A stretch of 64,000 nucleotides of DNA from Myxococcota bacterium (GTDB lineage Bacteria > Myxococcota_A > UBA9160 > UBA4427): the NCBI GenBank assembly GCA_965250285.1, contig OZ252299.1, forward strand, positions 2,304,001 to 2,368,000, in the 5' to 3' direction. The notes beneath the pieces are model-generated. The model worked only from the letters and a program-made list of their open reading frames with translations, was not told the origin of the DNA and did no database searches. The position numbers were made by a program, and so were the translations under genes. Of the stretch, positions 28,869 to 41,467 are shown one piece after another. The first letter of the stretch is position 1, and each line of letters begins with the position of its first letter.

Positions 28869-29498
28869 TCAGCCGAGCGCCCCGTCGAGCTGGCGCTGCA
28901 TCCACTCGGCGAGCGCTTGCGCGACCGGATCACCCGTCGCCCGCAGCCCGGCGACCGTGCCTGCGCGATGCGCACGCGAGTGGTTCTGGCCGAGCTTGGC
29001 CTTGGCCTCGATCCGGTCGATGGGCAACTCGAACGCGACGACCGCGCGCCGCATACGCTCGAGGAAGTCGGCGGCCTGCTCGGTCTCCGACCAGCCTCCC
29101 GGCGGCTCGAACTGCGCGACGAGGCGGGACAGCAGCGCCTCGACGGTCCCGTCGTCTTCGATCCGCCGCGGTCGGCCGGTCACGTGCGCGGTCACGTAGT
29201 TCCAGGTGGGCACGCGCGGACCGTCGGGGTATCAGTCGGGCGAGACGTACGCGTGGGGGCCGGCGAAGACCACCAGCGCCGGGCGGCCCTCGTCGAGCAT
29301 CCCGGCGTGGTCGTTCGCCCGGGCAAAGTGTGCGCGCAGCGTGCCGCGGGGCCCGGCAGACGCCTCGAGCTCGAACGGCAGGTGGGTGCCGATCGGCGCC
29401 CCCTGCCCCGCCGAGACGATGAGCCCGAACGGGTGCGACCGGATCACCTCGTGCTGAAGCGCGAGATCATCGAGTGAGAAGGGGTCGGGGACGTACAT
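28869..29498 (-). pseudogene. paiB: PaiB-family FMN-binding protein interrupted by in-frame TGA
   Basis: HFARAN..GPHAYVSPD*YPDGPRVPTWNY..KAKLGQN; TGA 29232-29234 sits at the conserved Trp of SPxWY. Confidence 0.75.
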
Positions 29499-29570
29499 CG
29501 CGGCCTTCCACGACGCTTCGGCGCGCCAGGGAGGTGGCCGAAGCCAGGGCGTCGCCCGAAGGCGAGCAGG

Positions 29571-30563
29571 TCAGATCGGCAGCGTCAGTTGCACCGTGCC
29601 GGTCGCGTGGTCGCCGAGGTCGTTCGCGGCGTTGACGGCGACGTCGATCACCCGCTCGCCGCCCTCTTCGCGCTCGGTGATCACCTGCCCCGTGAAGCGC
29701 AGCACCTTGTTCGGAACGGCCGGCGCGCCGAGCTTGACGTCGATCTTCGTGATCCGCGCCTCGGGGCCCGCCCAGTCGGTGACGTATCGCGCGACATAGC
29801 CGTTCGTCGTGAGGATGTTCAGAAAGATGTCGGGTGCGAACTGGGCCTGGGCATAGTCCTTGTCGTGATGCACGGGCATGAAGTCGCGCGAGGCGATCGC
29901 ACCCGCCACCACCACCGTCGCGGTCACGTTCAGGTCCCAATCGGGCAGCTTGTCGCCCGACGGCACGACCGGCTCGGGCTTGGGCGGCTTCGGCCCCTTG
30001 CGCTTCGGCCCCTCGGCGCCGGGTTTGAACTTGAACACGCGAAAGATCTGGCGTCCGACCTCCTCGTCGCCCACGAGATACGTGGTTACCCAGGTCACGA
30101 AGTAGCCCGCGCCTAGCCCGGTGCCCTTCAGCTCCGAGATTTCCTGCATTTCGGCGGTCGACTCGAGCATCTCGCCGACGGCGAGGTAGCGATCGAACTG
30201 CAGCTCCGAGTTCGTCGCGAGCGTGCCCACGAACCCCGCCTCGTCGAGCTTCACGAGGGCGCTGTCGGGATCCATCTCACCCGGCGCGCCGCCCCGCTCG
30301 GCGATGCCTTCGATGGTCGGCTCGGGAAAGGTCCACACCTGGAGCATGGCCGGCGGCGCGACGAGGTGGCCGAAGCGAGACTGCTTCGCCGCGGCCTCGT
30401 CGAGATACACGGGGTTGCGATCGTCGAGCGCTGCGACCCAGTGCCGAATCATCGGCACGTTGACGGGATCGGGCGCGGGCATGGCGTCCCCGGTCGACGT
30501 CAGCGAACGACCCACATACCGCGATACCAGCTCTTCCCTGAAGTCGTCTCGCTCTTCCGACAC
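29571..30563 (-). CDS. Fused double hot-dog hydratase (ChsH2-N-like + ChsH1-like), lacking DUF35
   Basis: N half DPVNVPMIRHW..APPAMLQVW..FRVFKFKP; C half GAIASRDFMPVHHD..DIFLNILTT..YVTDWAGP. Confidence 0.85.
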   Translation of the reverse strand: MSEERDDFREELVSRYVGRSLTSTGDAMPAPDPVNVPMIRHWVAALDDRNPVYLDEAAAKQSRFGHLVAPPAMLQVWTFPEPTIEGIAERGGAPGEMDPDSALVKLDEAGFVGTLATNSELQFDRYLAVGEMLESTAEMQEISELKGTGLGAGYFVTWVTTYLVGDEEVGRQIFRVFKFKPGAEGPKRKGPKPPKPEPVVPSGDKLPDWDLNVTATVVVAGAIASRDFMPVHHDKDYAQAQFAPDIFLNILTTNGYVARYVTDWAGPEARITKIDVKLGAPAVPNKVLRFTGQVITEREEGGERVIDVAVNAANDLGDHATGTVQLTLPI

Positions 30564-30814
30564 CCCGCGCTCCCTCTATTCATCGATTCGTGCACGCCCA
30601 TGCGCCCGAAGGAGAGCGATTGTAGCCGCGTGCATCGCCTGGGGGTCGTCGGCTTTGGCTTGCCTGGTCAGCCAGCAGGCCGCGCGCGGGCCGCGCGCTG
30701 AGTCGCATTGGCCAGCGCGTGCCCACGAAGTCCGGCGCGTCGCCCACGGCGCCCCCAACGCGCCGGTGCGCCGGATCGCGCCCGCAGCTGGAGGCGCCGA
30801 GCCGCTTCTGGTAG

Positions 30815-33215
<2,401 letters not shown>

Positions 33216-33538
33216 CTCGACGCTGCGCAGTCGCCTCGGCGCGACTCGGCCGGCGCACGAGGCGGTGCGCCGGGCCGCCGGCGCCCGGCGCAGCACGCGG
33301 CCGACGCCCTGGCGGCCCGCGGCGACTCGGTCCACGCGCCCAACGGTCTCGACGCACGTCCGCGCCCGTGCGCCCGGGCGGGCCCAATCGCCCCCGGCGC
33401 TCGCCCTCTGTCCAGATCCGCACGCGGGCGCACCCCGGGGCCGTTCGTTCCGGCCGCGTCGCGCATCCACCCGAACACGCGGCGAGCCACCGAGGTATTC
33501 TTGGGGCGAACCAGCGCGCACCAGGTGGAGGACCCGTC

Positions 33539-35359
33539 ATGCAGCTCAAGCGATTCGGTGAAGCGATTGCCCACGTCGATCTCACGACCGGGAACATCGA
33601 GACCCGATCCGCCCCGCCCGAGTGGGTCCGCAAGTACGTCGGCGCCCGCGGCCTCGGCGTGCGGTACGTGCTCGAGGCCGGCGCCGAGATCGATCCCTTC
33701 TCTCCCGAGAACCGTCTGTGTTTCATGAACGGTCCGCTGACGGGCAGCGAAGCGAACATGAGCGGACGCTGGGCGTGCATCACGAAGTCGCCCCTCACCG
33801 GCACCGTGACCGACAGCCACCAGGGCGGCTGGACCGGCGCGCGCCTGCGCTGGGCCGGCTTCGATGGCCTGGTCTTCGAAGGCCGTGCCGAGCAGCCGGT
33901 CTACGCCTTCATCGAAGACGGCTCGATCGAGCTGCACGACGCGACCGACCTGTGGGGCAAGGGCATTCACGAGACCTGCGACATGCTGAAGGAACGCCAT
34001 GGCGCGAAGGATCTCGCGGTCTGCGCGATCGGACCTTCCGGCGAGAACAAGGGGCGCTTCGCCGCCTGGGTAAACGACGACGACCGCGCGTTCGGCCGAG
34101 GCGGCACCGGCGCCATCGGCGGCGACAAGAACCTCAAGGCCATCGTGATCCGCGCGGCGCGCGCCAAGAGCGAAGACGTCGACGACGCAGCATGGCGGCA
34201 GACCCGCAAGGAAGCCCTCGATCTGATCCGCGACGAGAAGAACATCACGAGCCCCAAGAAGGGTGGGCTCTCGGTGTACGGCACCAACGTCCTCATGAAC
34301 GTGACCAATTCGATTGGCGCGCTCGGCGTACGAAACAGCCAGAAGACGAGCTTTGGGGACCGCGCAGAGAAGATCAGCGGCGAGACCGTCGAGCAGACGA
34401 TCCTCTGCGGCGATCCGACCTGTCACGCCTGCCCGGTCGCATGCAAGAAGGAGGTCCAGATCGAAGAAGGCCCCTTCTCGGGCCTCAAGATGGAGAGTGT
34501 CGAGTACGAGCCCGCGTGGGCGCTCGGGGCCAACTGCGACAACGACGACATCGCGTCGGTCGCGAAGATGATCGACCAGTGTAACGACCACGGCATGGAT
34601 CCGATCGAGCTCGGCAACGTGCTCTCGATGTACATGGAGGCCACCGACCGCGGCTACGTGAACGGCGGCGACGGACTCGCGTGGGGTGACATTCCGGCGA
34701 TGGTGGCGATGACCGACCGCATCGGTCTGCGCGATGGGCCCGAAGGCGACCTGCTCGCCGAAGGCACGGCGCGTGCCGCCGAGAAGCTCGGCCATCCCGA
34801 GCTCGCCATGGTGTGCAAGGGCCAGGCGGTGCCGGCCTACGACCCGCGCGGCCTCAAGGGCATGGGGCTCGGCTACGCGACGAGCAACCGCGGCGCGTGT
34901 CACCTGCGGGCCTACGTCGCCGCGGCCGAGCTTGGTGTCGTCGGCATCGACAGCGACCCCCTCGCCTGGAAGGGCAAGGGTGAGCTGGTGAAGACCTTCC
35001 AGGATCTGCACGCTTTCGGCGACAGCATGGATCTGTGCAAGTTCAGCGCGTTCGCGATGGGCGCCGACGAGTACGCGGCCCAGCTCGCCGTGGCCCGGGG
35101 CGAGGACTACACCGCCGAAGACGTGATGAAGGCGGGCGAGCGCATCTACAACCTCGAGCGCCACTACAACAACCTCGCCGGCTTCGGCACCGGCTCGGAC
35201 ACCCTGCCCCGTCGGTTCCTCGACGAGCCGTCCACCGAGGCAGGCTCGAAGGGGCACGTGTCGGAGCTGGACGACATGCTCGCCGAGTACTACGCGGCCC
35301 GCGGCTGGGACGACGCCGTCGTGCCCGACGCGAAGCTCGCCGAGCTCGAGATTCCGTAG
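33539..35359 (+). CDS. aor: Aldehyde:ferredoxin oxidoreductase (tungstopterin AOR family)
   Basis: TKSPLTG, GRGGTGA, CHACPVAC, EYE, DPRG, TSNRGACH, GERIYNLER. Confidence 0.93.
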   Translation: MQLKRFGEAIAHVDLTTGNIETRSAPPEWVRKYVGARGLGVRYVLEAGAEIDPFSPENRLCFMNGPLTGSEANMSGRWACITKSPLTGTVTDSHQGGWTGARLRWAGFDGLVFEGRAEQPVYAFIEDGSIELHDATDLWGKGIHETCDMLKERHGAKDLAVCAIGPSGENKGRFAAWVNDDDRAFGRGGTGAIGGDKNLKAIVIRAARAKSEDVDDAAWRQTRKEALDLIRDEKNITSPKKGGLSVYGTNVLMNVTNSIGALGVRNSQKTSFGDRAEKISGETVEQTILCGDPTCHACPVACKKEVQIEEGPFSGLKMESVEYEPAWALGANCDNDDIASVAKMIDQCNDHGMDPIELGNVLSMYMEATDRGYVNGGDGLAWGDIPAMVAMTDRIGLRDGPEGDLLAEGTARAAEKLGHPELAMVCKGQAVPAYDPRGLKGMGLGYATSNRGACHLRAYVAAAELGVVGIDSDPLAWKGKGELVKTFQDLHAFGDSMDLCKFSAFAMGADEYAAQLAVARGEDYTAEDVMKAGERIYNLERHYNNLAGFGTGSDTLPRRFLDEPSTEAGSKGHVSELDDMLAEYYAARGWDDAVVPDAKLAELEIP

Positions 35360-35369
35360 GCCTGCGGCC

Positions 35370-35645
35370 GTGCAGGTACGCTTCTACGCGACGCTGCGCG
35401 CGATCGTCGGCGCAAAGACGATCGAGGTCGCCCTCGAGCCCGGCGCGACGGTGCGCGATCTGGCCGAGCGGCTCGTCGAGACCTATCCCGATCTCGACGA
35501 GTACGTCTTCGACGAGCAGCGCGCCATCGCCCGCACCGTGCACTTCATGGTCGACGGACGCAACGCGCGCTGGCTCGACGGCGAAGCCACCGTGCTCGAG
35601 GCGCACCACGAGATCGACGTGTTCCCGCCGGTCGCGGGGGGCTGA
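35370..35645 (+). CDS. moaD: MoaD/ThiS ubiquitin-like sulfur carrier
   Basis: VRFYATLR, C-terminal FPPVAGG, directly after aor. Confidence 0.9.
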   Translation: MQVRFYATLRAIVGAKTIEVALEPGATVRDLAERLVETYPDLDEYVFDEQRAIARTVHFMVDGRNARWLDGEATVLEAHHEIDVFPPVAGG

Positions 35646-35651
35646 CCCGCC

Positions 35652-36605
35652 TCAGCGCTTCGCCAGCGCGCGCTCGAGGGCGCCCATCATGTCGGTCTGA
35701 GCCCTTTGCGACACCGCCGCGCCGGCGACGAGCGCCGAGCCGTGGAACGTGCCGGGATACTGGTGCAGCTCGGTCGCGACCCCCGCCTGGAGCAGACGCA
35801 GCGCATACTCGATGCCCTCGTCGCGCAGCGGGTCGAACTCCATCGTCGAGACGAAGGCCGGCGGCAGACCCGAAAGATCATCTGCGATCGAGGGCGAGGC
35901 GTAGGGCGACACCTCACCCGGATCTTCACCCAGGTAGCAGCGCCAGCTCTGGATCGCGTTCGGCCGATTCCAGAGCGGCGTGTCGACGAAGTCGCGCATC
36001 GAGGGGGTCTCGAGGCGATGGTCGAGCTCGGGGATGCCGAGCACCTGGAAGCAGAGCTTCGGCCCGCCCCGGTCGCGGGCCATCAGCGCGACCCCCGCCG
36101 ACAGACCGCCGCCCGCGCTCTGCCCCATGACCGCGACGCGGTCGCGATCGACCCCGAGTGCGTCCGCCTCGCGGTCGAGCCACTCGAGCGCCGCATAACA
36201 GTCTTCGACGCCAGCGGGAAACGGATGCTCGGGGGCGAGCCGATACTCGACCGAGACGACGACCGCGCCGACGCTGCGCGTGGTTGCGACGGCGCCGAGA
36301 TGCTCGAACTCGATCGAACCGAAGCAGAAGCCGCCCCCGTGGATGTAGAGCACCGCCGGCAGGGTGTCTTCGGAACGTGTGCCTTCCGGGCGGTAGACCC
36401 GAACGGGAACATCGGGCTCGCCCGCTGGCCCCGGCACCACACGATCTTCGTGGACGACGCCGGCTTCGGCATCGGGCGACGCCGGCGCGAGGTTCACCAT
36501 CTCGAGCATCTGCGCGCGCGCGGCGTCGAGATCGGACCAGTCGGTTTCGGTCGGGAGCATGGGGACGATGGGCGCGATCTCGGGGTCGTAGACGCGTTCG
36601 GGCAA
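35652..36605 (-). CDS. Alpha/beta hydrolase (HSL-type esterase)
   Basis: HGGGF, YRLAPEHPFP, GQSAGG, DPLRDEG, HG; RBS AAGGAG before TTG. Confidence 0.93.
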   Translation of the reverse strand: MPERVYDPEIAPIVPMLPTETDWSDLDAARAQMLEMVNLAPASPDAEAGVVHEDRVVPGPAGEPDVPVRVYRPEGTRSEDTLPAVLYIHGGGFCFGSIEFEHLGAVATTRSVGAVVVSVEYRLAPEHPFPAGVEDCYAALEWLDREADALGVDRDRVAVMGQSAGGGLSAGVALMARDRGGPKLCFQVLGIPELDHRLETPSMRDFVDTPLWNRPNAIQSWRCYLGEDPGEVSPYASPSIADDLSGLPPAFVSTMEFDPLRDEGIEYALRLLQAGVATELHQYPGTFHGSALVAGAAVSQRAQTDMMGALERALAKR

Positions 36606-36738
36606 GACGCTCTCCTTTTCGATGGGCGCCAGATGGGCGCCATCGATCGTAGGGGGCTCACCCGAGCGGGTCGATCCCTGCACCAGGAAGCCGATTCGAG
36701 TGGTCGTCTGCTCGGCGCCTTCGTGCGAACATGCGCGC

Positions 36739-38856
36739 ATGACGTCCCCCACTCGGCGACGAAGCCTCGAAGGTGGGCTCGCGCTCTCGATCGTGATCGT
36801 CGGCGTCGCGCTGCTCGTCCACGCAACCACGCCCCCGGCCGCTCGCGACAGCGAAGCATCGGGAGAGAACGCGAGCCCCGTCGCCGACGCGGCCGCGCCC
36901 TTCGAACGCACCGAGGAGCGGGCCCCTTGCGCCCACGCCACGCCGATACGGCAGCCGATGTTCGGCGATCTGCACGTGCACTCGAGCTTCTCGTTCGACT
37001 CGTACACGTCGGGCCAGCGGGAGGATCCGTGGGCCGCCTATGGCTTCGGGCGAGGCGAATCGATCATCTTGCCCAATGCCGACGGCGACCTCGTCGTCGA
37101 GGCGAAGCTGAGACGCCCCCTCGACTTCGTATCGGTGACCGATCATGCCGAGTTCTTCGGCGACATCCGCGTCTGCACGGGTGATCCGTGGACGCTCGGC
37201 TACTGGACCCCCCTCTGCCTGCTCACGCGCACGAGCTACTTCTACCCGAGCCTCTTCGCAGCGGGCGAATGGGCCGAGCTCATCATGCAGGACCGCCCCG
37301 ATAAGGAGCGCCCGCTCGCGTGCGCCCTCACCGATTGCCCGGCGCGATCGAGCGAGGTGTGGGCCGAGATCCAGCGGGCCACCGAAGAGCACTACGACCG
37401 GAGCTCCGACTGCGAGTACACGACGTTCGTGGGCTACGAGTACACCGACACGCCCGGCGGCTACAACATGCACCGCAACGTCGTCTTCCGGAACGATCGC
37501 GTGACCGAAGACGCGATCGACTCGTTCGACATGGGCGCGCGCAACTTCCCGGGCTTGTGGAAGCGCCTACGCGCGGAGTGCACCGAGCGCGGCGACGGCT
37601 GCGACGTCATCACGATCCCGCACAACCCGAACCTCGCTGGCGGGCTGATGTTTCGTGACCCCGAGACGCCCGAAGAGGCGCGTGATCGCCTCGCGTTCGA
37701 GCCGGTCGTCGAGCTGATCCAGCACAAGGCGTCGTCGGAGTGTCGCTACGACCGACTCGAAGGACGCGGGCTCGAGACCAACGACGAACAGTGCACGTTC
37801 GAGCAGAACCTCACCGACAATCTCGCGTCGCTGGCCATCCTCTTCGGCGAGCTGCAATCCGACCAGGGCGCACCAGTCGCGCTCGACGACTTCTCGCCTC
37901 GCAACCTGGTGCGCAACGTGCTGAAGGACGGCCTCGCGCTCGGCGCGGACGGCGGCGTGAATCCGTTCCAGATGGGGTTCATCGGCAGCACCGACACTCA
38001 CAGCGCAGCGCCCGGCGCCACCGAAGAAGACAACTACCCCGGACACCTGGGCAAGCGCGACGCGGGCTACCGCAATGTGCAGGATCACTACCAGGACAAC
38101 CCGGGCGGCCTCGCCGTCGTCTGGGCCGAGGAGAACTCGCGCGACGCCATCTTCGCCGGGCTCGAGCGCCGGGAGACCTACGCGACGAGCGGCACGCGGC
38201 CGACGCTGCGCTTCTTCGCCGGCGCCGATCTCTCCGAAGACCTGTGCGCCCGGGTCGACGCGATCGAGACGGCCTACGCATCGGGCGTGCCGATGGGCGG
38301 CGAGCTCGAGGCCGAGGCCGGCGCGCCGCGGTTCTTCGTCTCGGCGATGCAGGACGCGGGCAGCCCCGGGCATCCCGGCACCGCCCTGCAGCGTCTCCAG
38401 ATCGTGAAGGGCTGGGTCGACGCCGGCGGGATCACGCACGAGCAGGTCTTCGACGTCGCGGGCGGACCGAACGACGCCACGGTCGACACCGACACGTGCG
38501 CGCCGATCGGCGAAGGACACGCGAGCCTCTGCTCGGTCTGGACCGACCCGGGGTTCGACCCGACCGTCGACGCGTTCTACTACGTGCGCCTGCTCGAGAA
38601 CCCGAGCTGCAGGTGGAGCACCCTGCAGTGCATGGACGTGGGCGTGAACCCGTTCGCTGACGACTGTGAGGCCCAGGCCTCGGCGGCAGACGAGCGGTTC
38701 CACGCACAGGGGGCCATGGGCAACGTGTGGGGCAACTGCTGCCTCAGCGCCGACGACCAGCCCTTCCTGTCGCCGACGATCCAGGAACGCGCCTGGTCTT
38801 CCCCGGTGTGGATCCACCGGGTGAAGACCGAGATCGCGTCGACCGGTCGCCCCTGA
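36739..38856 (+). CDS. DUF3604 family (PHP-like metallohydrolase) exported protein
   Basis: FGDLHVHS, PLDFVSVTDHAE, MHRNVVF, IPHNPN, GSTDTH, RETYATSG, QERAWSSPVW. Confidence 0.88.
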   Translation: MTSPTRRRSLEGGLALSIVIVGVALLVHATTPPAARDSEASGENASPVADAAAPFERTEERAPCAHATPIRQPMFGDLHVHSSFSFDSYTSGQREDPWAAYGFGRGESIILPNADGDLVVEAKLRRPLDFVSVTDHAEFFGDIRVCTGDPWTLGYWTPLCLLTRTSYFYPSLFAAGEWAELIMQDRPDKERPLACALTDCPARSSEVWAEIQRATEEHYDRSSDCEYTTFVGYEYTDTPGGYNMHRNVVFRNDRVTEDAIDSFDMGARNFPGLWKRLRAECTERGDGCDVITIPHNPNLAGGLMFRDPETPEEARDRLAFEPVVELIQHKASSECRYDRLEGRGLETNDEQCTFEQNLTDNLASLAILFGELQSDQGAPVALDDFSPRNLVRNVLKDGLALGADGGVNPFQMGFIGSTDTHSAAPGATEEDNYPGHLGKRDAGYRNVQDHYQDNPGGLAVVWAEENSRDAIFAGLERRETYATSGTRPTLRFFAGADLSEDLCARVDAIETAYASGVPMGGELEAEAGAPRFFVSAMQDAGSPGHPGTALQRLQIVKGWVDAGGITHEQVFDVAGGPNDATVDTDTCAPIGEGHASLCSVWTDPGFDPTVDAFYYVRLLENPSCRWSTLQCMDVGVNPFADDCEAQASAADERFHAQGAMGNVWGNCCLSADDQPFLSPTIQERAWSSPVWIHRVKTEIASTGRP

Positions 38857-38919
38857 ATCGAGCGCGTCGCGGATCGACCGCAGCGCCGAGCGGGACGCTC
38901 GACGCCGCGTTCGGCCATC

Positions 38920-40278
38920 TCAGCGCTGGGCGGCGGAACCACTCGCGGCGTGTCGGCCCGCGCCTCGGCGCCCGCGGTTGCGAGAACGTCGGCCGGACTC
39001 GCGCCCGCCCTCCTTCGCATCGCCATCCCGCCGCTTGCGGTTTCGACCGCCCGGCCGACCGCGGCGCTGTGCCGCCGCCGGTCGACGCCCTGCGTTGCGA
39101 CGACCACCCGCGTCTCCATCGAGATCGACGCCCTCGAAGCCCGGCACCGGCCGACGCTCGATGCGATCGCCGAGCATGCGCTCGGTGTCGCGCACCCAGT
39201 TTCGATCGGCGCTCGTGACGAAGGTGCAGGCCTTGCCCGACGCCTCAGAGCGACCGGTTCGGCCGATCCGATGCGTATAGGTCTCGGGCGTCGACGGCGG
39301 ATCGAAGTTGATCACGTAGTCGATGCCCGCCACGTCGAGGCCGCGCGCCGCGATGTCGGTCGCGACCAGGATGTCGTAGCGCCCCTGCCGAAAGCCCCGC
39401 ATCGCGCGGTCACGCTGCGACTGGCTCATGTTCCCCTGCAAGGCCACTGCACGGTGCCCCGCCTTGTCGAGCTGCTGGGCCATGCGCTTCGCGCGGTGCT
39501 TGGTGCGTGTGAAGACGATCGCGCTCTCGCAATCGTCCTCGGCGAGCACACGGTCGAGCAGCGCCCGCTTGCGGCCCTCGTCGATCGGCACCAGGAAGTG
39601 CTCGATACGCTCGGCCGGCGCGGTGTGGGCGAGCTCGACGACGTGGGGTTCGTCGAGCATCTCGTCCGCGAGCTTGCGGATCTCGCGAGGCATCGTCGCC
39701 GAGAAGCACAGGTTCTGCCGCTCCTCGGGCAGCCGCGCGATGATGCGTCGGATGTCGGGCAGGAAGCCGAGGTCGAACATGTGGTCGGCCTCGTCGAGGA
39801 CGAGGGTCTCGATGCCCGAGAGGTCGAGCAGACCACGCTGTGCGAGGTCGAGCACGCGGCCCGGGCAGCCGACGACGATCTCGGGCTTGCGCCGCAGCGC
39901 CTTCGCCTGGCTCGGAATCGGGACGCCGCCGAACACGGTGCAGGTCTGGATGCGCGTGAACTTCGCGAGGGTGCGCAGCTCGGCCTCGATCTGGCGGGCG
40001 AGCTCGCGGGTGGGCGCAAGGATCAGCACGAGCGGGCCCTCGCCCGGCTCTTCGAGCAGATACTGCAGGATCGGCAGGCCGAACGCGGCCGTCTTGCCGG
40101 TGCCCGTCTGGGCGAGCCCGAGGACGTCCTGCCCTTCGAGGCAGGCGGGGATGGCATCGGCCTGGATCGGCCGAGGGGTTTCGAAGCCCGCGGCCTTCAG
40201 GCCGCGCAGGAGCTTGCGATCGAGGTGAAAGTGGTCGAAGCCACACTCCACCGCGTCGTGCGTGGATGCACTGGACAA
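38920..40278 (-). CDS. rhlE: DEAD-box RNA helicase, RhlE-like
   Basis: AQTGTGKT, PTRELA, DEAD, SAT, ARGLD, HRIGRTGR, basic tail. Confidence 0.93.
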   Translation of the reverse strand: MSSASTHDAVECGFDHFHLDRKLLRGLKAAGFETPRPIQADAIPACLEGQDVLGLAQTGTGKTAAFGLPILQYLLEEPGEGPLVLILAPTRELARQIEAELRTLAKFTRIQTCTVFGGVPIPSQAKALRRKPEIVVGCPGRVLDLAQRGLLDLSGIETLVLDEADHMFDLGFLPDIRRIIARLPEERQNLCFSATMPREIRKLADEMLDEPHVVELAHTAPAERIEHFLVPIDEGRKRALLDRVLAEDDCESAIVFTRTKHRAKRMAQQLDKAGHRAVALQGNMSQSQRDRAMRGFRQGRYDILVATDIAARGLDVAGIDYVINFDPPSTPETYTHRIGRTGRSEASGKACTFVTSADRNWVRDTERMLGDRIERRPVPGFEGVDLDGDAGGRRNAGRRPAAAQRRGRPGGRNRKRRDGDAKEGGRESGRRSRNRGRRGAGRHAASGSAAQR

Positions 40279-40529
40279 ATGGGTTCTCCGCCGCGCGGGC
40301 GCACTTCGGGCGCGGCGCGCGGCCGTGTCTCCAACCCTGACAACAGAAAAGGGAAAGATCTCAGTTTGGGCGGCGCGACCTCGATCGGGGGGACGAGAGG
40401 TCCTGCTGTTCGCCGCTGCGGTGTCTGCCGTGCGAGCTGCACGATCGGTGCGTCACCGCGATGGCCGGTGGTATAGCCGGTTCCCCAGCGGGTCGCCAGC
40501 GCGGGGCCAAGCCCCGCCCGGTGGGGTGC

Positions 40530-40556
40530 TCATCGGCCGAAAACGGTCCGACTTGA
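40530..40556 (-). promoter_or_regulatory. sigma28-like promoter upstream of the helicase
   Basis: Minus strand TCAAG-N14-GCCGATGA. Confidence 0.4.
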
Positions 40557-40574
40557 ACCCGCTGGCGCCGGGCC

Positions 40575-41429
40575 TCAGAGCTCGCCGGTCTTGAGCAGCT
40601 CCATCGGGTCGCGCGTATCGACGACGCCGAGATAGCCCCCGCCCTGCATGAGCGCATCGTGCGCGGCATAGCCGAGCAGCGCCTGCGCCTTCTCGGGCAA
40701 CGTGCGCGCGATCTCGGGCGGCACCGACAGGTAGTTGTTCTCCTCGGTGCGCAGCCAGCCGAGGTTGAAGCTCATGTGCATGCCACGACGGCGCGTCGAC
40801 TCGGTCGAGTTGGGCCCGCCGCCGTGGATCGTCGACCCGAGATACACGATGGCCGAGCCGGCCGGCATCTCGGCGACGGCGATCTCGTCTTCCTGCGCCT
40901 CGCGATCGCGGGGCCAGCGGTGGCTGCCCGGAACGATGCGTGTCGCGCCGTTCTCGGCGGTGAAGTCTTCGAGCGCGATGATCGAAGCCACCTGCAGCTC
41001 GGGGTGCGGCTGCGGCATGTGGATCCAGACGAGCTCATCACGATGCAGCAGCTGTGGCTCACTGCCCGGCCCACGATCGAGCACGTGCGCGACGTTCAGC
41101 TGGTAGTTTGCGCAGCTCGGCAGCAGGATCTCATCGCACACTGCCAGCAGCGCCGGATGCACGAGTACTTCTTCGGCGAACACCCGCGACTTGGCTGCGA
41201 CCCCGGTGATGTGCCGCGTCTGCGCACCCATGAACCACTCGACGGCCGGCGAGAGGACCGCCTTGCCCTCTTCGGTCTTCTCGAGATGCGCGTCGATCTC
41301 GGCGTTGAACCGCACGAGCACGTCGGCCGCGAGAAAATCGTCGAGGATGACGACCCCCTCGGCCTCGAGCTGCGACACGATCTCGGACGTCGGCGCGCTG
41401 GCCTTCAGATGTTCGACGTGGGCTGCCAT
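40575..41429 (-). CDS. Phytanoyl-CoA dioxygenase family protein
   Basis: QLLHRD, ALEDFTAENGATRIVPGSH, HGGG.N, LGWLRTEEN. Confidence 0.9.
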   Translation of the reverse strand: MAAHVEHLKASAPTSEIVSQLEAEGVVILDDFLAADVLVRFNAEIDAHLEKTEEGKAVLSPAVEWFMGAQTRHITGVAAKSRVFAEEVLVHPALLAVCDEILLPSCANYQLNVAHVLDRGPGSEPQLLHRDELVWIHMPQPHPELQVASIIALEDFTAENGATRIVPGSHRWPRDREAQEDEIAVAEMPAGSAIVYLGSTIHGGGPNSTESTRRRGMHMSFNLGWLRTEENNYLSVPPEIARTLPEKAQALLGYAAHDALMQGGGYLGVVDTRDPMELLKTGEL

Positions 41430-41467
41430 GACACATCTCCTCGGCTTCTCGATCGGGCCCGCTCAGT

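Noticed and set aside
29232..29234. PaiB UGA as selenocysteine or an alternative genetic code
   Set aside because: The position is a conserved Trp, not Cys; I see no convincing SECIS; many genes here end at TGA and use TGG for Trp.
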